The notes below the pieces were generated by a model, which was not told where the DNA came from, did no database searches, and was given only the letters and a program-made list of their open reading frames with translations. A stretch of DNA of 17,363 nucleotides, taken from assembly GCF_006345805.1 (NCBI RefSeq), contig NW_021824980.1, positions 1 to 17,363 on the forward strand. The letters are read 5' to 3'. Both the position numbers and the translations under genes were made by a program. The stretch's first letter is position 1, and each line of letters opens with the position of its first letter. The stretch is from Octopus sinensis. Taxonomy: Eukaryota. This document shows, one piece after another, positions 1-8,506 of this stretch.

Positions 1-460
1 AGACAGAGTGTATTTATAATGTATTAGCTCATTTATTATCTTGTAGATGTCATGGAAAACAATGCGTAACAATAAATCCTTTATGTGAAAAAGTATCTGG
101 CAACATACATTTTATACTTACATCCAGAAATTTAGAACTGCGCCTAGCTGCTTAACTATCCAAATATATCTGGAGTCTAAAAGCTGACACAGACATAAGT
201 AAGATCGATTTGTTTGTTATAAAACACAAGTCTCATTACATCATTGCTTCCAGTAAAATGGCCATTTCTTTCTCTAGGGGCAAATACATTATTTAGCTGG
301 GTTTTTCAGTTTTGAACAAAAGAGCTAAATAGGCAAATTCCATTGTCTATTAAGAAATTTCCAGCTCTCAATTTGGTAAAGAATGTATTCATTTCCTACA
401 TAATATATTTGGCTTACTCGGAAAAGTATTTCAAAACTATTTCATGTATGATGAGACATA

Positions 461-620
461 GGCGTGGTTCAATGGTCTAGAAGCTTGTTTCCCCGTCAGT
501 CTTGTGGTCTTGTTTTCAATCCCATTACGTTGCACCTTGTCTTTTATTATAGCCACGGGCTATGGTACAAGACACTTGTAATGCTTAGTGAGATGATTTC
601 ATTGACAGAAACTGAAAAGA
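461..620 (+). mobile_element. SINE family B, old degenerate left half (tRNA-like head plus body)
   Basis: GGCGTGGTTCAATGGTCTAGAAGCTTG...TTCAATCCCATTACGTTGCACCTTG...TATAGCCACGGG...GACAGAAACTGAAAAG aligns by eye to the head of the full-length copy at 14873-15325. Confidence 0.7.
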
Positions 621-840
621 GATGTAGTTCACCAGAATATGGCAGCAGGATTTATCCAATGTCTATCTGCATTCATTATTAGTTGTATATTCTAGTGAAC
701 TACATCTGCCAACATTATGAAGTAATTTCGATCCTCCAGAAACAGGTGTCGGATTTGTAATACCATATATTCTCCCCTTTAATTTTCTGTGTCTTTGTAG
801 TGAGTGTAAGTTTTCTCTGTTAATATATTCATATTTATAT

Positions 841-982
841 GGTGGCGAGCTGGCGAAATGCTTAGCGGTATTTCGTTTACCTTTACCTTCTGATTTCAAA
901 TTCCGCTGAGGTCGACTTCGCCTTGTGTCCTTTGGGGATCGATAAATTTAGTACCAGTTGCGTACTGGGGTTGATCTAATCG
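841..982 (+). mobile_element. SINE family A, 3'-truncated, with 21-bp internal deletion in the head
   Basis: Matches copies at 4162 and 11282 (GAAATGCTTAGCGGTATTTCG, TTCAAATTCCGC, GAGGTCGAC, GTACCAGTT...ACTGGGG). Confidence 0.9.
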
Positions 983-1045
983 AAAAGAATATATAAATAT
1001 ATGTTTATACTTGAGTATTCATCACCTGAAAATTTATAGTCTTTG

Positions 1046-1142
1046 CTCTCTCTCTCTCTCTCTACATACGTGTATATATATATTATGTATATCAAACTCG
1101 GGCAGTTTTATATATATGTATGTATATACTGTATGTGTATAT

Positions 1143-1226
<84 letters not shown>

Positions 1227-1369
1227 CTTATATGTAAATATGTATATGTATACATGTTTGCATATATATATATATATATATACCTTATATGTAAATATGT
1301 ATATGTATACATGTTTGTGTGTATATATATATATATACGTATATGTAAATATGTATATGCATACATGTT

Positions 1370-1410
<41 letters not shown>
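1046..1410. repeat. (CT)n then (TA)n microsatellite containing a 3-copy ~55-bp minisatellite
   Basis: ATATGTAAATATGTATATG[T/C]ATACATGTTTG recurs at about 1230, 1286 and 1341, separated by (TA)n. Confidence 0.95.
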
Positions 1411-1411
<1 letters not shown>

Positions 1412-1614
1412 GTTACTGTCTTGCTCATTCCTTATGATCGTAACTGAAGTCAACAGTATTGTGTCTCCTAAAATATGAAACTGGGCATTCTGTGTAGTTC
1501 CGCAATGTTTCAAAACCAAGCAAATACGACACAGATATGATACTAATAAGTGCAATGGTATTGATTTAGAATGTTTCATGTAATTCATACCATGTCTTCT
1601 ATACTTCACCGTCA

Positions 1615-1695
1615 CTACTGCCACTACAGCTGCTGCTACCACTGTTGCTGCTGCTGCTGCTGCTGTTGCTTCTTCTACTGCTGCTGCTGCTGTTA
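1615..1695. repeat. Degenerate (CTA)/(CTG)n trinucleotide repeat
   Basis: Directly visible. Confidence 0.9.
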
Positions 1696-1987
1696 TTGAT
1701 ATATCTTCTAACTAATGTGACGTGTAGTAGACATATCGTTATCTATCCCAGGTATTATTACAGATGAAATGATATTTTTACTATGATTTAGCGTGCAAAC
1801 GAAAGTGTGTGTCGGTCGTAATAAGAAGTCGTTTCGTTTCGTTTTGTTTTTAGCCCGCAAAATCCAACAGACAGAAAAGATGGCACTGGATATGCTTTTG
1901 TTATGTTCCGCAATATCATGTGGTCTTGTTTTATATTATTTTTCTTGTATTTTACTGTCTTCTTACTCAGTTTAAAAACACAGCAAT

Positions 1988-2240
1988 ATGTGTGTGTGCT
2001 AGTGTGTGTGTGTGCTAGTGTGTGTGTATGTTAGGGTGTGTGTTTGTGTGTGTGTGATGTGTGTGTGTGCTTAGGAAAGAGTCAGTAAACTTTCACGATT
2101 TGGTTAATAATATGATATAATGCGATAAACACTAGGATTGCAGACAATGAGAAGGAAATTTACTTATGCACACACACACACACACACGCACACACGCACA
2201 CACGCACGCACGCACACACACATACATACATATACACACA
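1988..2240. repeat. (GT)n tract (1988-2070) and (CA)n tract (2168-2240)
   Basis: Directly visible. Confidence 0.9.
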
Positions 2241-2342
2241 CAGAGGCGCGCACAGACACTCATTCGCTCACCCATACACAAGCACCTGACGCTCAGCTAT
2301 TCTTTTATGTCCATAGATTATGATGACCAAATCAATTTTTTC

Positions 2343-2411
2343 GTGCTCCCGAACCATATGCTTCCGGGTTCATCCCCCACCGCGTGGCACCTTGCCCAGG
2401 TGTTCCATACT
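2343..2411 (+). mobile_element. SINE family B head fragment
   Basis: GAACCATATGCTTCCGGGTTCATCCCCACCGCGTGGCACCTTGCCCAGGTGTTCCATACT versus AACCACATGGTTCCGGGTTCAGTCCCACTGCGTGGCACCTTGGGCAGATGTCTTCTACT at 14903 onward. Confidence 0.8.
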
Positions 2412-2612
2412 TGGCTTAATACCTTGGCCAAAATTTTCAAGTCTGCATTGAGAAGAGCGATGGGCCTAAAGTTATCTATTATGTCCTCTTTGTTTGGATC
2501 TTTCTTTAGCAGCGTTACGGCTCCTCGGCTCACAAAACCTGGGATGCTCCTGTTTTGCTGCCAGTTGCAGTACACTGCTGCCAAGACGTCTCCAAATAAG
2601 TCTGGCATACAA
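2412..2612 (-). mobile_element. Non-LTR retrotransposon (L1/Tx1-type) ORF2 fragment, start of the reverse transcriptase domain
   Basis: Translation SRGAVTLLKKDPNKEDIIDNFRPIALLNADLKILAKVLS fits the G-x-I/V-T-L-L/I-x-K ... N-W/F-R-P-I-x-L-L-N-x-D-x-K-I-L-A-K motif of L1/Tx1 RTs. Confidence 0.9.
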
Positions 2613-2802
2613 CCTTATTACACTGCACGCATATTTACAATGCGTTCGATTGAATTATACGTAACACTTTTGTATAGAAACAAAATATATATTTCAGTAA
2701 TCTAAATTATATTGTCGTAGCATATATACAACTCAATATAAAGCTCCAAAATAAACAACATATTTTTCATTTTTTGTCGTGCATCACATTTATGAGTGAT
2801 TT

Positions 2803-2975
2803 CTGGGACACCGATCCGTCGCAGGATTACTCATTTTTGCCAGCTGAGTGGACTGGAGCATCGTAAAATGAAGTGTTTTACTCAAGAGCACAACGTATCA
2901 CCCGGTCCAGGAATCGAATCTACACTCTAACGATCATGATTCCAACACCCTAACCCCTAAACCACGCGCCTCCAC
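2803..2975 (-). mobile_element. SINE family C (tRNA head plus Nin/Meta/V-type conserved body)
   Basis: Minus strand has an A-box-like GTGGTTTAGGGGTTAGG, a B-box-like GATTCGATTCC, then TTGTGCTCTTGAGTAAAACACTT...CTCCAGTCCACTCAGCTG...AATGAGTAATCCTGCGACGG. Homologous to 7212-7428. The superfamily name is from memory. Confidence 0.8.
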
Positions 2976-3111
2976 GCTGCCATGCTATAGACTGATGATA
3001 TTTAAGTTTGAATTAATTTTTCTCCACCAAGGCTACAAATAAATTCTTCATATTCCGTAATGATTTTTTTCATTCTCCCCAGTAATGAAACAACAGCGAA
3101 TTGTTTGAAGA

Positions 3112-3560
3112 ACAGACCCGGAAAGGAAAACCAGACAGCGTGAAGATAAAGCAGATTATATGAGAAGGTACAATGCAAGTGAGTGCCGACCGATTAACGA
3201 AGGGACGAGATCAGCAGACAGAGGCTATGAGGTCGCGACACTCACCAGAAAGTCACGATGAAACTGAGGTAAGAAGGCAAAGAGGAAGACACAGATACAA
3301 TAAGTGTGCTAAAGAAGTAGAGAGAATAATGGAACTGGCTAGACAGAAAATTTTTAATTCAGACATAGAGTGGAAGTGAGGAGCAAAGATAAAGAAGACT
3401 AGGACAGATGAGAGTTTGGCATACAACTATATTACAAACTGAAATTCAGGCCGAAATGGGGAAAATGTAGAAAAAAACGGAAAAGGAAGAGAAAACGGAA
3501 ATAAATTAGAGCTATGTCCACTCTGACCGTAAAGCCACAATAAAGCTACTTGCTGTAGAA
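3112..3560 (+). pseudogene. Decayed coding remnant with ~23-aa E-[ST] charged repeats (STPR-like), possibly the N-terminus of a Helitron Rep-helicase
   Basis: One 2-nt slip at about 3181 joins TDPERKTRQREDKADYMRRYNAS / ESADRLTKGRDQQTEAMRSRHSP / ESHDETEVRRQRGRHRYNKCAKE. The same frame later gives LAYNY and CPL*...CC, with several stops. Confidence 0.35.
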
Positions 3561-4158
3561 TTAAGCCATAGATAGGTGTCCAAAGTCTGCAACATACCTG
3601 CTCGATCCAGAGATGTTGGTATCCTCCAATTCACCAATAGAAATTTGTCCATATGTTTATATTTGCTAAAATTTCTGATCTGGAATTCAGAATTCAGTAT
3701 TACGGTGGAATTCTTAGATCTGAAAGAACTATGAGATCTTTCAGCTACACATTTGTTCATTTCTTAGATCCAGTGATTTATGCATGGATTATTCTACGAT
3801 TTTCTACTCAACTGTAAGTGGTATCGAATTGGTCTTCATACCGCATACGTGACTAGCCAAGTCAGTGTCTTTACTTTTGTCGATGTACCGGAAAAAAGAT
3901 AGGTGGTTTGCATAGCATCTTTAGAAGCTGTCTTCGTATTACGCAATGTAATTTTTCTTTTCAGTCAGGTTATCATGTAGCGTTACTGTGAATTCAGCCT
4001 CATATACGACGGAGTTTATCATGCAGCCGTAGTGAAGGTGAACAACAGAAGACATGGTATGAAATACATGAAACCCGTGGACAAATTTCTAGAGACTGTA
4101 TGGATACACAAGGCGTATTATTGAAATTTGCCTAGACTATATCTCCAATGTATGAAAC

Positions 4159-4391
4159 AAAGGCGGCGAGCTGGCAGAAACGTTAGCACGCCGGGCGAAA
4201 TTCGTAGCCGTATTTCGTCTGCCGTTATGTTCTGAGTTCAAATTCCACCGAGGTCGACTTTGCCTTTCATCCTTTCGGGGTCGATTAAATAAGTACCAGT
4301 TACTCACTGGGGTCGATGTAATCGACTTAATCCCTTTGTCTGCCCTTGTTTGTCCCCTTTATGTTTGCCCCTTGTGGGCAGTAAAGAAATA
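4159..4391 (+). mobile_element. SINE family A, full length, with 21-bp target-site duplication
   Basis: TATATCTCCAATGTATGAAAC is identical at 4138-4158 and 4392-4412. A-box-like TGGCAGAAACGTTAG and B-box-like GAGTTCAAATTCC are present. Confidence 0.97.
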
Positions 4392-4740
4392 TATATCTCC
4401 AATGTATGAAACTATTAGTAGCTTGTAACTGTATACAGTGTACAATAAGTAATATTTATCTTTCACTGGAAGGAGTACATTTTGTTGATCTTGACGGAAA
4501 CATAAAAAAACATAAATACATACAAACACACACACACACACACACATGAATATTGCATGGGCATGTATGTGTGCATATAAGAATATATATATATATATAT
4601 ATCGAGAGAGAGGGAAAGTGAGAGTGAGAAAAGTGTGTATATGCATTAATAGTGCAGCCTCATCAGCACGAATAGCAGCCGGCCTTGTGACTTTCTTTCT
4701 TCTCCCGTTGGCCTTGTCCGCATAAACAAATCACTGAAGC

Positions 4741-4785
<45 letters not shown>

Positions 4786-4792
4786 GTTGTCG

Positions 4793-4824
<32 letters not shown>

Positions 4825-4971
4825 CTTCTTCTTCTTCTTCTTCTTCTTCTTCTTCTTCTTCTTCTTCCTTCTTCTTCTTCTTCTTCTTCTTCTTCTTCTT
4901 CTTCTTCTTCTTCTTCTCTCTTCTTCTTCCTTCTTCTTCTTCTTCTTCTTCTTCTTCTTCTTCTTCTCTTC

Positions 4972-5016
<45 letters not shown>

Positions 5017-5064
5017 TATTATTATTATTATTATTATTATCGTTATGATTATGATTATTATTAT
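4741..5064. repeat. Compound trinucleotide microsatellite (TTA)n-(TTG)n-(TTC)n-(TTA)n
   Basis: Directly visible. Confidence 0.97.
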
Positions 5065-5378
5065 TCTAAAGTTATAAAATCCGGATTGCCAAATGAAAAT
5101 AGATGAATGTTATGAAAAGATGACAAGACAACAACAATGATCCGACCAGCATCAGGGCGAGACAGACGATCGACAATCAATACACGCATGGACTCACTCT
5201 TGCAAGCACACACACACACACACGTATATATATATATATATATATATAATTATTTATGAATATAGACAAAGAGTAAACACGAAGAAAATCATTACCAGGT
5301 GATTGACAAGCAAAGAGGTTTGATTGCTTCAAAAGAAATCCTGAACTGGACACAAGGGAATACACACGCGCGCATGAA

Positions 5379-5450
<72 letters not shown>

Positions 5451-5455
5451 TGTAT

Positions 5456-5782
5456 ATTCATATATATGTGTATGCGTGTATGTGTTTATATATCTATATA
5501 TGCATATATTCATGTCTATATACGTAGAGATATTCATATTATATACATTTACCTATATATGTACATACATATACATATATATATATGCGTGTGTGTGTGT
5601 GTGTGTGCACATACGTACATGTACATATATAAATGTGTATATGTATATAATTACATATCGCACACACATTTATACACGTGCATACACATGCTCACGCACA
5701 TGCACGCACATGCACACACATATTCACAGACGCAGCTACACACACTCACACACACATACACACATATATGCATGTATGTATG

Positions 5783-5816
<34 letters not shown>

Positions 5817-6174
5817 TGTATAATTCATATATATGTGTATGCGTGTATGTGTTTATATATCTATATATGCATATATTCATGTCTATATACGTAGAGATAT
5901 TCATATTATATACATTTACCTATATATGTACATACATATACATATATATAATGCGTGTGTGTGGTGTGTGTGTGCACATACGTACATGTACATATATAAA
6001 TGTGTATATGTATATAATTACATATCGCACACACATTTATACACGTGCATACACATGCTCACGCACATGCACGCACATGCACACACATATTCACAGACGC
6101 AGCTACACACACTCACACACACATACACACATATATGCATGTATGTATGTATATATGTATGTATATATGTATGT
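5456..6174 (+). repeat. Near-identical tandem duplication, period 367 bp, of a complex microsatellite-like unit
   Basis: ATTCATATATATGTGTATGCGTG starts at 5456 and 5823. Distinctive internal words (CGTAGAGATATTC, CACAGACGCAGCTAC) occur in both units. Confidence 0.95.
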
Positions 6175-6543
6175 CATATAAAGATAGCTCGTTAAATATG
6201 CGACGTCGTACATGCGACTAACATTTGTGTCCGCAAATGTCGATGGCTATCGACCGTTTCTAGAATAAATTTGAAAACTAATTAACTCGCTATTAACCTT
6301 TCATTATATCTCGAGTTCTGATTAGGTGAGTTTTCTCAATCAGAATCTCCACAGGCCGTCACTGAATACAAACCCTGCTCGTCTCCTACGTTTAAAACAG
6401 AAATTTTAGCGCTAATGTGTCTATAGCTTTTGCTTTCCCCTTTTCTTTCAAATGAACCAATGCCTGGAACTTTTTTGGACGATTTGCCAGGAATTAGCAA
6501 CTAACTCTTTTTCAGCCTCGATCACAACTACTACAATAACATC

Positions 6544-6775
6544 TATTTCTTTATTGTCCACAAAGAGCTAAACATAGAGGGGACAAACAAGGACAGACAA
6601 AGGGATTATGTCGATTACATAGACCCCAGTGCGAAACTGGTACTTTATTTATCGACCCAGAAAGGATAAAAGGCAAAGTCGACCTCGGCAGAATTTGAAC
6701 TCAGAAAGTAACGGCAGACGAAATACGGCTACGCATTTCGCCCGGCGTGCTAACGGTTCTGCCAGCTCACCGCCG
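6544..6775 (-). mobile_element. SINE family A, full length, inverted, with diverged 14-bp TSD
   Basis: Reverse complement of the 4162 copy. ACTACAATAACATC (6530-6543) versus ACTACAGTAATATC (6776-6789), 12/14 identical. Confidence 0.95.
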
Positions 6776-7211
6776 ACTACAGTAATATCGACATAACTTA
6801 TAGACTTTAAAATGTGAATAAATAAATAAACAAACTAAATATATACCACCTATGCATGTAGATTAAGAACCATAAACCAAAATGTAATTATAAAAGCCGT
6901 TGTTAAATTTTGTGTGTATTACCATACATACCATAAAGGCATTCACTCCTCCTGCAATGCTAAGTGACGTCCTGATGTGTGTGTGCGTGTATGTCTATAT
7001 ATGTGAATGTGCATTTAATTGTACCGAATCAGATGGGGTGATAGTAACAAAAGTTTGAGCAGCACATATTGATGTTGGTTGTGATGATGATGTTGAATTT
7101 AATGGTAAGTTAAATGTTTGTGTCATCTATGTTGACGTTGATTCTGATAAAGAAACGTAAAGTAAGACCCCCCTTCAACTATTACCGTCTCAGATCTTAG
7201 GACTCGTAAAG

Positions 7212-7428
7212 CTGATTACCTGTTCGCATGGCATATGCGTGACAGAGATCAAAACAATGCCCCTGGACGAGACACCAGACCCTCGCAGGGTTACTCATTT
7301 ATGCTAAGGCTTCTGGTGCAACGTGAAAGGAAGTGTTTTGTTCAAGAAAACAGCACACCGCCCGGACCGAAAATCGAAACATTGATGTTGCGAGCGTACA
7401 TGTAACACCCTAACCATTAGGCCAAGCA
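7212..7428 (-). mobile_element. SINE family C, older copy including 3' part
   Basis: Minus strand GGCCTAATGGTTAGGGTGTT...TTTTCTTGAACAAAACACTT...AATGAGTAACCCTGCGAGGGTCTGGTGTCTCGTCCAGGGG; homologous to 2803-2975. Confidence 0.75.
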
Positions 7429-7476
7429 ACATCACCTTGATTCTTATTTTGAATATAAATTGGCGTTGTTATCGAT

Positions 7477-7477
7477 A

Positions 7478-7510
<33 letters not shown>
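7477..7510. repeat. (GAT)n microsatellite
   Basis: Directly visible. Confidence 0.95.
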
Positions 7511-7559
7511 TTTTAATGTTATTTACTCTTTCTTGGGAAATTGATGTCGTTGTTGATGC

Positions 7560-7661
7560 TCTGAGTTCTAATTTCGCCGAGGTCGACTTTGTCTTTCCTT
7601 CTTTCTGGGGTCGATAAAATAAGCACTTTTTAAAAAAGACTGAGGTTCGATGTAATCGACT
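7560..7661 (+). mobile_element. SINE family A internal fragment (diverged subfamily)
   Basis: CTGAGTTCTAATTTCGCCGAGGTCGACTTTG...GGGGTCGATAAAATAAG...TCGATGTAATCGACT. Confidence 0.85.
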
Positions 7662-7815
7662 CACGACCCACCTTCCCACCTCTCCAACGTGCTGACGCTT
7701 CTGCAATCTCGCCACCTTAAAGAGAACAAATATAAATAGCATTAACACTATACACATCAACTTCGTTAATAACATCAAGAGTGAAAATAGACACTGACCA
7801 CTGATATGAAAAGCA

Positions 7816-7846
7816 ACATCATCATCATCAACATCATCATCATCAA

Positions 7847-7914
<68 letters not shown>

Positions 7915-8143
7915 CCGCCACCACCATCATCATCATTATCATCATCAACATCATCATCATCGTCAACATCATTATCATCATCATCATCATATTCATCATC
8001 ATCACCGCCACCACCTCATCATCATTATCATCATCAACATCATCATCATCGTCAACATCATTATCATCATCATCATCATCATCATCATCAACATCATCAT
8101 CACCAACATCAACAACAACAACAACGACAACGACGACGATGAC
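7816..8143. repeat. (CAT)n microsatellite with a 90-bp higher-order duplication, grading into (CAA)/(CGA)
   Basis: The variant block CACCGCCACCACC...CGTCAACATCATTATC occurs at about 7913 and 8003. Confidence 0.95.
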
Positions 8144-8272
8144 GAAGAAAGCAAGAACATGTACTTTAGTAGGAACAATATCAACATTAGTTCCAGCATC
8201 ATCACAAACGTAACCTAACACCGACATCGGCATCGCTTTCGAAGTGAGCTCGATATTAACATCTACAAAAAT

Positions 8273-8491
8273 GGCGGCGAGCTGGCAGAATCGTTAAGCA
8301 CGCCGGGCGAAATGCTTAGTGGCATATCGTCCGTCTTTACGTTCTGAGTTCAAATTCCGCCGAGGTCGACTTTGCCTTTCATCCTTTTGGGGCCGATAAA
8401 TTAAGTACCAGTGAAACACTGGGGTTGATGTAATCGACTAGCCCACCCCACCACAAATTTCAGGCCTTATGCCTATAGTAGAAGGGATATT
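8273..8491 (+). mobile_element. SINE family A, second subfamily with a different 3' tail
   Basis: Head and body match family A, but the tail is AGCCCACCCCACCACAAATTTCAGGCCTTATGCCTATAGTAGAAGGGATATT rather than the TTGTCCCC...GTAAAGAAAT tail. Confidence 0.93.
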
Positions 8492-8506
8492 GGTGATACA
8501 TATGAA

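Noticed and set aside
1229-1371. Regularly spaced ~31-bp direct repeats reminiscent of a CRISPR array
   Set aside because: The spacers are just (TA)n, the context is eukaryotic, and there are no cas genes; this is a minisatellite.
1034-1642. Long ORFs rich in YI/HT/CV or homopolymeric amino acids (also 4784-5077, 5299-6195, 7775-8233, 9247-9549, 16483-16785)
   Set aside because: These are translations of dinucleotide and trinucleotide microsatellites that lack stop codons; no protein signal.
2992-2998. CTGATGA hammerhead-like core on the plus strand
   Set aside because: No stem II or GAAA follows.
3614-3817. CWYP and FLDPVIYAW in one frame, resembling class A GPCR TM6/TM7 motifs
   Set aside because: There is an in-frame stop between them, the residues before CWxP are not hydrophobic, and no upstream TM segments or DRY motif are present. 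Probably chance; a TBLASTN hit to a GPCR would reopen it.
3814-3964. GTAAGT donor and TTTTCTTTTCAG acceptor bounding a 151-bp candidate intron
   Set aside because: Every frame joined across it hits a stop within about 25 codons, and I have no transcript evidence.
4132-4135. CTAG as a possible Helitron 3' end
   Set aside because: No subterminal GC-rich hairpin, and it is not followed by T.
4660-4666. CTGATGA hammerhead-like core on the minus strand
   Set aside because: No closing stem II/GAAA or stem III downstream.
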